Shown piece by piece: positions 28,169 through 37,674 of a DNA stretch of 64,000 nucleotides. Made by a program: the position numbers and the translations under genes. The notes below the pieces were generated by a model that searched no databases, was not told where the DNA came from, and saw only the letters and a program-made list of their open reading frames with translations. The stretch lies in the IMG/VR virus record IMGVR_UViG_3300049988_000286, positions 416,001 to 480,000 of that record; one strand, given 5' to 3'. Positions within the stretch are counted from its first letter, which is position 1. Every line of letters starts with the position of its first letter. The DNA is from a virus (lineage: Duplodnaviria > Caudoviricetes).

Positions 28169-28516
28169 ATGAAACGACTTGCACTTACCTTGGCCGCATT
28201 GGCTACCCTCGCCCCCGTCACTGCATCCGCGCAGCGCTACGACAATCGCTACGAGTTTCGCGGCTACGATCGCGGCGGCAATCCCGTCTACAGCTACCAC
28301 GATCGGCGATACAATCGGGACTGGCGAAATGATCGTCGTGACTACCGTAGAGATCGCCAGTGCCGTGACGGCACTACCGGAACGGTGATCGGCGCTATCG
28401 CGGGTGGACTATTGGGCAGAACCGTTGACACCCGTGGTGACCGAACGCTCGGTACGGTCGTCGGAGCCGGAGGTGGAGCCTTGGCGGGGCGGGCGCTGGA
28501 TCGTAATTGCCGATGA
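28169..28516 (+). CDS. Secreted glycine-zipper 2TM protein, sphingomonad-like
   Basis: Signal peptide, Arg/Tyr/Asp-rich middle, GTVIGAIAGGLLG...GTVVGAGGGALAG. Confidence 0.85.
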   Translation: MKRLALTLAALATLAPVTASAQRYDNRYEFRGYDRGGNPVYSYHDRRYNRDWRNDRRDYRRDRQCRDGTTGTVIGAIAGGLLGRTVDTRGDRTLGTVVGAGGGALAGRALDRNCR

Positions 28517-28793
28517 AGGATGGCGAATGCTCGCTGCGGATTAAGTAGATCGCCTCATCGGTTGAATTATATCCATGCCGAGGGGCGATCGTCATGCGTG
28601 AGATCGCGGATCGGTCAAAGCGGCTCGATGTCGAGGGCGAGATCGGCACAACTGGAATGGGTCAAGATCGCGACCGAAGTTGACCGCTCGTTGATTACTG
28701 CTTGCCCCTCTCCATGCTGCACAGGCTTTGCGCAGAAGGGGCAAACAGTGGCTGCGAGTGTCACCTCTTTGACTCGGTGGACGGTGAAGATGT

Positions 28794-29066
28794 TCAATGC
28801 GCGTCTCCCCAAGACGATCCAAATTCGCCGCAGTTGCGGTTGATTGAATCCATTACGCCATCTACCTCTGTCATGAAGTGTTCTTGATCGGTCTGGTCGA
28901 GACCACGATACATCCTTACATTTGCTGCAATAATAGCGCGACAGTTTTTCGGAAGACCGCTGCTGCCATAAATTGGTTTGCTGTTGTCCAGCAGTTCGGC
29001 GTCCGCTGAAACACATCCCGTCACGAGCAACACACCCATCAGCACACCCATCAGCATCTTCTTCAA
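28794..29066 (-). CDS. Small lipoprotein
   Basis: Lipobox LVTGC; SD GGAG. Confidence 0.65.
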   Translation of the reverse strand: MKKMLMGVLMGVLLVTGCVSADAELLDNSKPIYGSSGLPKNCRAIIAANVRMYRGLDQTDQEHFMTEVDGVMDSINRNCGEFGSSWGDAH

Positions 29067-29165
29067 GTCGGCATCTCCCTACGCGTTCTATCAACGAACT
29101 ATCACACAGGTACGACTCCTTGTCAAAGCGCCTTCGTGCTGGCACCACCGCGTGAGGAGACGCCG

Positions 29166-29423
29166 ATGACCCGATATCAATTTGAATGCTCGATGCCCGA
29201 GTTGGCCGATGGTCGCGAGATCGACATCGAGGACGGCGGTCAGGCCGTGATCTTCCATCCCACGCCGGAATTCGAACAGGGCGGTGACGGCTTTTTCCAC
29301 GTCCGGCTACAGAGTTGGGAAGACGGAGCCGCGAAACGCGAGGAATCGTTTGCAAAGGCGCACTCCTTGATGCGCGAGTTTTCGGGTCGTCGTCTCCGGG
29401 TCACTGTTGAAACCATTGACTGA
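29166..29423 (+). CDS. Hypothetical protein
   Basis: SD GAGGAG before MTRYQF. Confidence 0.65.
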   Translation: MTRYQFECSMPELADGREIDIEDGGQAVIFHPTPEFEQGGDGFFHVRLQSWEDGAAKREESFAKAHSLMREFSGRRLRVTVETID

Positions 29424-29509
29424 TCATCATAAGAAAGAGGCTCGCTTCAACCTCGTCATCATGGTAGCGAGCTTGATCTTCTCTGCACTGGCGCTTGGAA
29501 TGTGGTTCT

Positions 29510-29794
29510 ATGATTGATGGCATCGTTATCGCCGACCGAGTTCTAGCCGGGTCGGTGAAGGTCTGGCTCGACGAGGAATGCCAGCGCTGCTACGAACACG
29601 TAGATTGCGATTACGATGATCTCGACAGGCTCATCTTGCGGCTCACCGATCAGCGGCTGGGTCACAATGTAGCGGTCGATGTCCTTGATCTCGATAACGA
29701 CGATCGAGGCGTTTACGGCATCGTTTTGATCGAGGCCGCGCCGATAATCATGAATGAAGTGCTGGGGAAGCTGAATGCAAACAATGAAGGTTGA
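29510..29794 (+). CDS. Hypothetical acidic protein
   Basis: ORF track; internal ATG chosen. Confidence 0.55.
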   Translation: MIDGIVIADRVLAGSVKVWLDEECQRCYEHVDCDYDDLDRLILRLTDQRLGHNVAVDVLDLDNDDRGVYGIVLIEAAPIIMNEVLGKLNANNEG

Positions 29795-30029
29795 GCGCCT
29801 CGGCGAGGTGCGAGTCACCGCGCGGAGAGGCGATGGAAGTGAGTTCAGCTTCATGACCGCGACGCCTGATCGCTACATGGCTCCGGAACCGTTTAATCGT
29901 CGAGCGTGGCTACTGGAGCGTGAACAGCGCTACCTTCGCCTCCTAGACAACGATCTTACGAACGGCGCTCGGGCGCGTCTGGTCGAGGCTCTCGAATGGA
30001 TCAGGAGTGAACTTGCTTCGCGCCATTGA
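29775..30029 (+). CDS. Hypothetical protein (84 aa)
   Basis: Overlapping ORF in an operon. Confidence 0.55.
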   Translation: MQTMKVERLGEVRVTARRGDGSEFSFMTATPDRYMAPEPFNRRAWLLEREQRYLRLLDNDLTNGARARLVEALEWIRSELASRH

Positions 30030-30510
30030 GGCTATCCGGCTGGTGGGTTTCCGGCTCGGATTGTGGCGTGGTTTTCACGGACCCACGCTGCCGTGGAACC
30101 TACAAGAGCGCGTCTCTACCCTCTTCATCATCTGGCGCGATAGTCGGTTTGAGCGTCCCGTGCCCGCCGCTCGCGCCTTCTTCCTCCGCCATGGGATCGA
30201 GGTTCGTTTCAGTCATAAAGCGAAGGCGCGCCTTGCTCGCAAGCGCGATGTCACGGCCTACCAAGCCTTCGTCGATGCTGCCAAGAAAACCTTCCAGATC
30301 GACGATCATCTCCTCCCGATCTTCATCGATTGGTGCCGTGAGAATGAGTGTGAGATAGCTGTCCAGACGCCGGACCAGTATCACCCCCAGCATCGACCGT
30401 GGTCCAAAGTCACAGCGCTGGGTCAGGATAGTTTCACCCTGATCATGCTCGGTTGTGACATCTCGCCTAACCGATACACGGATGAAGCAACAATAAGGCG
30501 CGTCCACTAA
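30007..30510 (+). CDS. Hypothetical protein (167 aa)
   Basis: SD AGGAG before GTG. Confidence 0.6.
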   Translation: MNLLRAIEAIRLVGFRLGLWRGFHGPTLPWNLQERVSTLFIIWRDSRFERPVPAARAFFLRHGIEVRFSHKAKARLARKRDVTAYQAFVDAAKKTFQIDDHLLPIFIDWCRENECEIAVQTPDQYHPQHRPWSKVTALGQDSFTLIMLGCDISPNRYTDEATIRRVH

Positions 30511-30552
30511 ACCCGTGATAGGGTCATGTCTCCTCACTACTAGGAGATTATT

Positions 30553-30882
30553 ATGTCAATCGATCAAGATACACGCTTTTTCGCCGGAGCATCTTCACGC
30601 AGCTTTAGCGACGCTTCTGGTCCGAAGGCAAGCCGTGAGGACACCCCCGGCTTCGTCAACGCCTCGGATCACCAGTTCACCGACATTTCATCGGAGGCCG
30701 AACGTGTCTACAATTTCGGGCAGAAGGGTTTCGTCCGCATCAATCGTCCGCTGCAACTCGCGGTGAGCGACTCGGGTGGCCACCGTATTTTCTCCGCCGA
30801 TGGCCGCTCCCACTACATTCCCGCTGGCTGGATCGAGATCACATGGACGACGCGACCGGGTTCTCCGCACTTCGTTAAGTGA
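30553..30882 (+). CDS. Hypothetical protein (109 aa)
   Basis: SD AGGAG. Confidence 0.7.
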   Translation: MSIDQDTRFFAGASSRSFSDASGPKASREDTPGFVNASDHQFTDISSEAERVYNFGQKGFVRINRPLQLAVSDSGGHRIFSADGRSHYIPAGWIEITWTTRPGSPHFVK

Positions 30883-30940
30883 CGGGGTATTGACGGGGTG
30901 GTGGTGCGCGCCTATCTCGCCGCCTCCACCCTTTAAGGAG

Positions 30941-31342
30941 ATGGCTGCTATGCATCCTGTCGATGCCACAAGTCCGAAATGGCGGATCGCCAACAATTCG
31001 ATCCGCATCCTGTACACGCACCCAACGACCCATTGGTCCTTGGCCTCCATGACCTACGACGACATCCCGGATCGTATCGGGATACGTTGGAACGGCGATG
31101 TTACCGATCGTGGCGATCTCGGTTACCCGAGCGCTCGCGGCAATGGTGCGTGGTTCATCCTTCCCGATCCCCTTGACGGTCTCGTCCGCGCCATGATCCC
31201 GATCTGGAACGGCAACCATGGTGGGGTCGACGTTGCCCCACCCGCGTCGGCATTCGAGAAGATCATGGAAGGGATGCAGGACGCCATCGCACACGCGGGT
31301 GGTGATCACACCCGAGGCCGCATCGCCAATCAGAGCGCGTAA
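30941..31342 (+). CDS. Hypothetical phage protein (IGIRWNG...GYPSARG...WFILP)
   Basis: SD AAGGAG before the MAAMHP start. Confidence 0.65.
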   Translation: MAAMHPVDATSPKWRIANNSIRILYTHPTTHWSLASMTYDDIPDRIGIRWNGDVTDRGDLGYPSARGNGAWFILPDPLDGLVRAMIPIWNGNHGGVDVAPPASAFEKIMEGMQDAIAHAGGDHTRGRIANQSA

Positions 31343-32067
31343 ATCGAACCCTTCGCCGTGTTGATCAGCGTGGCGAAGATTTCGTTCAACTCCTGTTCGA
31401 ATTCTTCCACAATGCGGTGCTCGTCGATGTGGTTCAGTCGAACCGCTCCGCGAAGCATGTATTGAGCGAAGCATTCCGGCAGGAGTTCGAATTGCGAGTT
31501 GAGCGTGCCGTCTCGGCAAGACTTGGACGTGCCGATCATACACGCCAGCGATTTTGGATTCTCATCCCAGAACACACCACCGAGACGTGATAGCGTGCGC
31601 GCTAGAGCCGCGCTCGCTTCCCCGGACAACCTGTATGCCCCACTCGACACCGCGTTGTGGAACGGTCCTGAACGGCCATTCTGGAAGGCGTGATACATGC
31701 GGTGGGCGATGATCCAACCCGTGAGTGGTTTGCGGGCGCTGCCTTCGTTCTGGGTGAAGATCACGCCGATGTTTTGGGGCTTCGGCTCGATCATTCCTTC
31801 AAGGAACGACAGAGAGGCGAGGACACCCTGCCGACCGTCATAGTCGCCCCCAATCGCGATCGAGAGCGCCGACGTGGGATCGATCTTGAGATCGACGAGG
31901 TAGAGGTTGACATCGCAGACGCTGGACTGCCATAGCCGATGAATCTTCTCCAAGGCTTTTTTGTTCTGCACCAAGCGAACATCATCGGGACGAAACGACG
32001 AATCGCCGCCCATGTCCGAGAGTGGCGTGATGGAGAGAGGCATCTCGACGAGTTCGTGGTAGCGCAT
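31330..32067 (-). CDS. Putative head-internal protein
   Basis: MRYHELVE 4 nt after TAAATA (32072-32077). Confidence 0.7.
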   Translation of the reverse strand: MRYHELVEMPLSITPLSDMGGDSSFRPDDVRLVQNKKALEKIHRLWQSSVCDVNLYLVDLKIDPTSALSIAIGGDYDGRQGVLASLSFLEGMIEPKPQNIGVIFTQNEGSARKPLTGWIIAHRMYHAFQNGRSGPFHNAVSSGAYRLSGEASAALARTLSRLGGVFWDENPKSLACMIGTSKSCRDGTLNSQFELLPECFAQYMLRGAVRLNHIDEHRIVEEFEQELNEIFATLINTAKGSIYAL

Positions 32068-32074
32068 CCAGTAT

Positions 32075-32602
32075 TTAGGTGAAGCGAAACTTCGTTTTGA
32101 CCAGCATCTCGACGCTGGGGTCACGGAAGCGGAAGGTTATGCTTCCTCCGGGCAACGACTCGATCTCATAATCGCGCTTGATTCGGTCACCCATTTCGAA
32201 GAGGAAGTCTTGGATTTCTGCACGCTTCTCATCTGGGAAGATCAGCGCTTCACTCTTCGGCTTATCGAGCCTCGCCTCAACGGCTTGTAGATCAGCGGCG
32301 TGGACGAAGCAGAGTTTAACCTCATACCAGTTGCATGACTGGATGTAGACATCACCCTGACAGGTCTCGCGCAGCATAGCGAGAAAGTCATCGCGGTGCC
32401 AAAAGGCCTTCCGCATTTGTTCTGATTTGATACGCAGTATGGCGACCTCGCTACCCGCTCCGTCAATCTCATGGAAGAAATTGGCGAAATCGGCGAAGCC
32501 CGCCATCGGATCGTGGACTTCTTCGAGCGACGAGGCACCGCGATCTGTCCAGCACATCTGGCTGATCTCGATCTGATAGGCGACGAAGTGAATTTGCATC
32601 AC
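32075..32602 (-). CDS. Hypothetical protein with two F-x3-D-x3-F-x-L-like modules
   Basis: 175-aa ORF preceded by an ATAGTTCG box. Confidence 0.6.
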   Translation of the reverse strand: MMQIHFVAYQIEISQMCWTDRGASSLEEVHDPMAGFADFANFFHEIDGAGSEVAILRIKSEQMRKAFWHRDDFLAMLRETCQGDVYIQSCNWYEVKLCFVHAADLQAVEARLDKPKSEALIFPDEKRAEIQDFLFEMGDRIKRDYEIESLPGGSITFRFRDPSVEMLVKTKFRFT

Positions 32603-32621
32603 CGCCCTATAGGCGAACTAT

Positions 32622-33155
32622 CTACGCCGTGCCAGCGAAATCACATGCGTGGAAGGATTGTCGCTCGAAGACGATCATCTTCTCACCCTGCTGCACGCTT
32701 CGATGTAGCGCAGGACCGATGCTAACCTCTGCTCCCGTCCCGTTCCGATACACGAATTTGCGCAAGCGTCGCGCCGGTGGAAGCGTCATCGTGTGGTAGG
32801 TAGCACCTCGCCGACTATCTCCGAGCCGCTTCGCGATACGCTTCCAAGCGGCATTGTGGCCATCTGCGCGCAGGGAGGGTTTAGCAAAAGCGATGAGGTG
32901 GGCTACCTCGTGGGGAAGGATGCTCTTCGTCATCATCTCCCAATCGCGCAACAGGGCTTCACGGTTGAACCTTAACGAATATGTATAACCCAAGTCTTCA
33001 TGAGGTCGCTGCGCCGCCTCTCCGGCCTTCTGGCCCCGGAGATCGAACGATACAGTGATCCTCCCTAAATCAACTCCGTATAGTTCCTCTGCGCGTCTCA
33101 CGCATTCGTTAACCAGTTTCCTGAACTCTGTTTGTGGCCGTAGGCGGTGCTGCAT
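32622..33155 (-). CDS. SprT-like zinc metalloprotease
   Basis: HEVAH...DGHNAAWK; upstream TTGAAA-N17-TATAAT 6 nt before the ATG. Confidence 0.85.
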   Translation of the reverse strand: MQHRLRPQTEFRKLVNECVRRAEELYGVDLGRITVSFDLRGQKAGEAAQRPHEDLGYTYSLRFNREALLRDWEMMTKSILPHEVAHLIAFAKPSLRADGHNAAWKRIAKRLGDSRRGATYHTMTLPPARRLRKFVYRNGTGAEVSIGPALHRSVQQGEKMIVFERQSFHACDFAGTA

Positions 33156-33367
33156 ACGAGCATTATAGGGAATCCCTCTGCCAGTTTCAAATTACCTCGG
33201 ATTTGGCAGTGAGAGGTCGGGGTGCGAGGGTTGCCCCGGCAGGGGTGGGCGACCCGTTGGTGCACGCTTCATCGGACGTGCTCTCATCGGTGGCGCGCCC
33301 GCAACGGGAAACCATATCTGGAAGCCAATTGTCGCCGCCAAAGGGGAACATGCAGCAACAAAGAAAC

Positions 33368-33387
33368 AAAGGCCCAAGAGGGCCTTT
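33368..33387. terminator. Bidirectional terminator-like hairpin
   Basis: AAAGGCCC-aaga-GGGCCTTT. Confidence 0.6.
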
Positions 33388-33390
33388 GCT

Positions 33391-33876
33391 TTAGTCACGG
33401 GGGAGTTCATCCGGGCAGCCCGGCGGCGGCACGTCTGTGGGCTGCGGCTGGGGGTAGGGCTGCGGGAAACCCTGTGGGGGGTAATAGGGCGGATGGTAGG
33501 GGTAGGGCTGCTGATACTGCGGCATTGGCGCTGGCGTGGGCTCTGGCGCGGCGGGAGCCACCACTTCGGCAATCGTCTCACCATCGCCGCCACTGGCCTC
33601 GAAGCCATCCTTCGAAACGCGGATCGAGCGGCGGTTGATCGCGAACCCGAGTGTGACGAGCACAACCAGTGATCCAGTCAGCGACAGGAGCAAAGCCTCG
33701 CCTAGAATCTTGATACGCTCGGGCGCGGTCTCGATCGGCCAACCGCCGCGCCACATCACCCAACAAAGGGCACCGGCGAAGACGGTCATTGCGACCGAGC
33801 CAAAGATGCTGGCGATCAACGCAACGGCGGCGCGCCATTCGCGATGTGGGTTCTCTGGGAGCTTGGGAAACTTCAT
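33391..33876 (-). CDS. Late membrane protein (2 TM) with Pro/Tyr/Gln-rich tail; holin-like candidate
   Basis: Two hydrophobic helices; ATG 5 nt after TAAATA. Confidence 0.6.
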   Translation of the reverse strand: MKFPKLPENPHREWRAAVALIASIFGSVAMTVFAGALCWVMWRGGWPIETAPERIKILGEALLLSLTGSLVVLVTLGFAINRRSIRVSKDGFEASGGDGETIAEVVAPAAPEPTPAPMPQYQQPYPYHPPYYPPQGFPQPYPQPQPTDVPPPGCPDELPRD

Positions 33877-33911
33877 ACCCCTATTTAGGGGCAGGATGAG
33901 TTCCCGTGTCG

Positions 33912-34214
33912 TTAGCCGATCACGGTCATCAGGGGGCGGCGGGTGCTACCGTTGCCCGACTGGCCAAGCGCCATTGGCTTACCTCCCGTGACGCTGATCT
34001 CCGCACGCTGGTAGCGATCCTGCGCTGCCTTTGGAATAGCTCGGTCGAGCATGTCGCGCAGACCCTCGATGCTCTCCTTGCCGCCAAGCCGGATAGTGCT
34101 CTCGTTGCTACCGCTTCGAACGATCAGACTCGCGCCACCGCGATCGTCGATGTCGATGGACAACGATGTGTCCCACGGCAGACTGCCCGTGAGTGTGATC
34201 GTCTCTTCAATCAT
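33912..34214 (-). CDS. Hypothetical protein
   Basis: SD GGAGG before MIEETITL. Confidence 0.6.
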   Translation of the reverse strand: MIEETITLTGSLPWDTSLSIDIDDRGGASLIVRSGSNESTIRLGGKESIEGLRDMLDRAIPKAAQDRYQRAEISVTGGKPMALGQSGNGSTRRPLMTVIG

Positions 34215-34512
34215 TGGATATCTCCTCCGAGTCAGCGATGTCCCGGTCGGGCTGCTTCTCGCCCCCGATAACGCGCCATTGGATACTCTCCAAGCCCCGA
34301 TCCTCAATCTTCTCTGCGGCGCGGGTCAAGGCAGCGGCGAGGGCGAGCATGGTGGCGGAATTGAAACCGAGGTGAAGCGTCGCGATGCTGTCCCCGGTGC
34401 GGATTTGCAATTCAGAATACAGGGCAGAGCCGTTGCTCGCTTGATTGGTGATCACCGAGTAGGTGGAGCCCCAAGGGGCATAGTCGTGGCGGTAGAATTG
34501 TTCTTCAATCAT
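34207..34512 (-). CDS. Hypothetical protein (101 aa)
   Basis: TAATG coupling. Confidence 0.65.
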   Translation of the reverse strand: MIEEQFYRHDYAPWGSTYSVITNQASNGSALYSELQIRTGDSIATLHLGFNSATMLALAAALTRAAEKIEDRGLESIQWRVIGGEKQPDRDIADSEEISND

Positions 34513-35882
34513 TAAAGAGATATAGGATGATCTTCAAAACCTTCAAGTACCCAAGCGGTTCTACTATTAACATAAGGGTCTACACCAGTGATGACTTGCT
34601 GTGACATCCTCATCTTCTTCGGGAGATCAGTATAGATACTGACCGGTGGGCGTGCGTGATACAGTTCCTTCTTCATCTCGTAGGTGGGCATGAAGAAACG
34701 CTGTGTTCCACGCGCGCGCATCTTGCGAATGAAGTCGAGCAGCATGGCTTCGCTCAACCCTTTCAGCTTCTGATTGACCTCCGGCTCCATGATCTTCGGC
34801 AGATCGGTTTGCACCTCATCGATCCAGCAATCGCGTCCGAAGAGCGTGAAACGCACCCAGCCCAGAGCAACGACGGTATAACGTTCATCGCCTCCACCAA
34901 GCGACAGACCAGCCTTTGGTGGTTTGGGTGCGGCGGGTGGCTTGGGGTGGTTGCTCGCATAGTGGTAATTGACCAGCGCTTTGCAATCGGGGATCGAGAG
35001 ATCAAGGCCGTCTTTGATTGCTTCCACCGGGAGACCGAAGACACAGGCGATGTTCTTACGATCAAGGAAGATACGCTGATCGTCCTGACCATCCATCTTC
35101 CATTCGACGATGTAGTTGCGCGCCGATTTAACCACTCGCTCGATCGTCGTGGTCTCACTCGGGTTAGCTCGCAGATCATCGATTGAGATGTCTCGACCCC
35201 CGAGTTGTTTCACCAACGCGGAGAAGAATGGAGTGTTGCCCCAGCGCTGCTGCTTCAATTCCTTGACCGAGATGCTCTCGCGATCGTTGGTTTCGAACCA
35301 GCGCATCAGGGCGAGTTGATCTTGGTTCAAGCCCGCGAGCGATTTGCGTTCGCCCTGACGAGGAAGGCGGTGCCCGCGTGAGAACTCGCGGCGACGGTCC
35401 TCGTTCTGCTTATCGAACAGCGTTTGAAGAGTGGTGTCGAAGTTGGAGAGTTGGCGCAAAACATGGATGTTGCCGGGAAACTCCTCAAACGCCTCACGCT
35501 GCAACTCGACGGGGATACGATCGAACATCTCACACGTCTGACGAATATTACGCTTCATCGCGATTGCGACAACATCGAACGGGATCGGGCGCTTGACCTT
35601 GTACAGGACAGTCGGTCCGAATTTTTCAACTGCGAGTCGGAGACAAGTATCGCTAGGCTCCGGCAGGTATTCCAAAGCGGAAGCCCAGTTCTCACACGCG
35701 TATTCCTGTGCTTCCTCGTGGGGGTTCTTGATCGCTCGGATCAGCGCCACATTGCGACCGAGAGCAATCATCTGCACTTGCCTCGACGGCGCTTCCATAT
35801 GACGAATATTGAAGGGATCGGCGTAAATGAGCGCGAGTTGCTCCGCCGTTGATTCTGACTGCTCGAAGATGGTTGAACGCAT
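34512..35882 (-). CDS. Late protein with N-terminal helical repeats; putative head-internal protein
   Basis: MRSTIFE 4 nt after TAAATA; repeated Q-x-x-A...I..I.NP units. Confidence 0.7.
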   Translation of the reverse strand: MRSTIFEQSESTAEQLALIYADPFNIRHMEAPSRQVQMIALGRNVALIRAIKNPHEEAQEYACENWASALEYLPEPSDTCLRLAVEKFGPTVLYKVKRPIPFDVVAIAMKRNIRQTCEMFDRIPVELQREAFEEFPGNIHVLRQLSNFDTTLQTLFDKQNEDRRREFSRGHRLPRQGERKSLAGLNQDQLALMRWFETNDRESISVKELKQQRWGNTPFFSALVKQLGGRDISIDDLRANPSETTTIERVVKSARNYIVEWKMDGQDDQRIFLDRKNIACVFGLPVEAIKDGLDLSIPDCKALVNYHYASNHPKPPAAPKPPKAGLSLGGGDERYTVVALGWVRFTLFGRDCWIDEVQTDLPKIMEPEVNQKLKGLSEAMLLDFIRKMRARGTQRFFMPTYEMKKELYHARPPVSIYTDLPKKMRMSQQVITGVDPYVNSRTAWVLEGFEDHPISL

Positions 35883-35885
35883 CCC

Positions 35886-36236
35886 CTATTTAGGGGCGGG
35901 CTCGAAATGCAGCTTGCGGCCACGCCGCGACAGGTAGCCGACTACCTTACCGGGAAGACGGGAATCCGAGTAGGAGTCGCAGTTGGGACCGAATTCGAAA
36001 ACCGCAGAGGGCGCGGCCTCTGTGATATCACGGAAGTCACCCGCAATCGCGTAGCAGACATTGGGAAGGGCCAAGCGAGCATTCTCGGCGTGATGATGCA
36101 TCAGCGCTACCCGGCGGCGATAGACTCCGCTCTCGTTCCAGAACGAGTTCTTATACGCGTAGGCGAAACGACCAATGGTGCGGCCAGCGACGACTTTGGT
36201 CTGCGACCGCAAGGTGTAGGTGTAGACGCCCATCAT
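35886..36236 (-). CDS. Hypothetical protein
   Basis: SD AAGGAG before MMGVYTY. Confidence 0.65.
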   Translation of the reverse strand: MMGVYTYTLRSQTKVVAGRTIGRFAYAYKNSFWNESGVYRRRVALMHHHAENARLALPNVCYAIAGDFRDITEAAPSAVFEFGPNCDSYSDSRLPGKVVGYLSRRGRKLHFEPAPK

Positions 36237-36242
36237 TGTTCT

Positions 36243-36284
36243 CCTTGACGCACCTCCTACCCTCAATAGTTCGGTGCGTCAAGG
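36243..36284. repeat. 12-bp perfect inverted repeat enclosing an ATAGTTCG box
   Basis: CCTTGACGCACC (36243-36254) / GGTGCGTCAAGG (36273-36284). Confidence 0.8.
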
Positions 36285-36292
36285 ATAATTGT

Positions 36293-36694
36293 TTATTCCC
36301 AGCCCGCCTTGCGGAGGAATTTGTTGATCGCAGCGTCGTCGGCGTACTCCCAGCTATCCACCGAGGTTACGAAGCTGTCGTGCTGGAAACCCTTATGGTT
36401 TATCAGGCAGGCGTCACCATCATTGTCCACCTCGATGACCAACCCCACCTTGTCTCCTGTTTCGATGAGGGTACCGACGCGGATTTCACCCTCGCCTCCG
36501 GGAATGCTGTCGGCATCGAGGACGAGCGCCATCAGGGCCTTCACCGCTCCGGTCTGGCAGCCGAAGTCAGCCTCACCGATGATCCGCGCGGCCTCCGCTA
36601 CCTTCGGGGGCAGGGTCTCACCCGCGATCCCGTCACGGGCACTGCGGGTCCGATCCCGAATCTTCTCCGGATCGATCAGGTCGCGTAACTTCAT
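36293..36694 (-). CDS. Hypothetical protein with C-terminal KOW-like segment
   Basis: SD GGAGG before MKLRDLIDPE. Confidence 0.6.
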   Translation of the reverse strand: MKLRDLIDPEKIRDRTRSARDGIAGETLPPKVAEAARIIGEADFGCQTGAVKALMALVLDADSIPGGEGEIRVGTLIETGDKVGLVIEVDNDGDACLINHKGFQHDSFVTSVDSWEYADDAAINKFLRKAGWE

Positions 36695-36889
36695 CACTTT
36701 CCTCCATCTCTCGCTCGATAACGATTTTGTCGTGCTGACGCTGACGGCGAGCGTGCTCACGCTTCGCCTCGCCGCGCTGCGCCGACGAGTACATCTCGTC
36801 GGTTTGTGCGGTATCTACCTGTTTGTCAGGTCGGAAGTAGTTGCTTGGGCTTCCCATGCCGCGAGGGGTAACGCGACGCGGTGGGGGCG

Positions 36890-37159
36890 TCAATCGGATC
36901 GAGTCAGATCGAAGATGGAGACCTTCGGGGCAGCGCGATCCTCTTCCACCATTTGGGTATGATGGGTCGGCTCGCCGAACAGTTTCTGGTTCAGCTTCTC
37001 GAAATTCTCGACACTGGCCTTGGCGCGCTTGAAGGCAGGATCATCGCTGCAACCCCGCATCGCATCCATGAACGACGAACGGTCCGCCACCGCATAGGAG
37101 AGCGCGGAGCGGATGATGTTGAGATCATTGGCGGTGATGGTGGGCTTACGATGCGCCAT
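36890..37159 (-). CDS. Hypothetical protein (89 aa)
   Basis: ORF track. Confidence 0.6.
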   Translation of the reverse strand: MAHRKPTITANDLNIIRSALSYAVADRSSFMDAMRGCSDDPAFKRAKASVENFEKLNQKLFGEPTHHTQMVEEDRAAPKVSIFDLTRSD

Positions 37160-37316
37160 GGATCATTCCACCCATGTAGAGTATAAGTGCCCCGCCGATT
37201 ATATTGGCAAGACCGATTAGTTCTCGTCGAGAAGCCCGCGTCTCCGCTGGGTTGGTGGAAAGATACCATCCCGAAAACAGGATGACTGCCGCACACAGAC
37301 TAATCACTAATGACAT
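37146..37316 (-). CDS. 56-aa two-TM membrane protein (MSLVISLCAAVIL...)
   Basis: Manually translated; downstream of a TTGACT-N17-TACACC promoter. Confidence 0.5.
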   Translation of the reverse strand: MSLVISLCAAVILFSGWYLSTNPAETRASRRELIGLANIIGGALILYMGGMIHGAS

Positions 37317-37375
37317 GTCTTCTTCCCTTCACTCTTGGTGTAGGGGATAGTTCGATGACAGTCAAGATAAATGAA

Positions 37376-37460
37376 TGGTCCCCCGGACGAGAATCGAACT
37401 CGCTGATGCTTTCGCAAACAGGCGTGAGAAACCTGCGTCCTGCCATTAGACTTCCGGGGG
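37376..37460 (-). tRNA. tRNA-Glu(CUC) with long variable arm
   Basis: Acceptor CCCCCGG/CCGGGGG, A73, CCA; CAGGT-TT-CTC-AC-GCCTG; V arm TGC-GAAA-GCA; TTCGATT. Confidence 0.88.
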
Positions 37461-37461
37461 A

Positions 37462-37545
37462 TGGCCGCGCTGACGGGAATCGAACCCGCTTCTGCTTTCG
37501 CAACAGGAGTGAAAGTCCTGCGTCCGCCCATTAGACTTCAGCGCG
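37462..37545 (-). tRNA. tRNA-Glu(UUC) with long variable arm
   Basis: Acceptor CGCGCTG/CAGCGCG, G73, CCA; CAGGA-CT-TTC-AC-TCCTG; V arm TGC-GAAA-GCA; TTCGATT. Confidence 0.88.
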
Positions 37546-37577
37546 ATAGGCTGGTCTGGATGGATCATTAACGGGGG

Positions 37578-37628
37578 AGAAACAGAACCAAAATCACCCG
37601 CGCCGTCGAGGCGCGTGAAAGCGCACTC
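37578..37628 (-). promoter_or_regulatory. Terminator/antiterminator-like switch upstream of the tRNA-Glu pair
   Basis: Hairpin CGCGCC-tcgac-GGCGCG (37599-37615) with U-rich tail; competing GAG+GCGC helix (37608-37628). Confidence 0.5.
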
Positions 37629-37674
37629 AACCGATCGAGCGTTCGCGTTCCATGAGGGTGTAGGTCGTGTTCAT
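37627..37674 (-). CDS. Leader peptide MNTTYTLMERERSIG
   Basis: ATG 5 nt after TAAATA (37680-37685); two GAA codons; same ATG AAC ACG start as the His/Tyr leader. Confidence 0.6.
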   Translation of the reverse strand: MNTTYTLMERERSIG

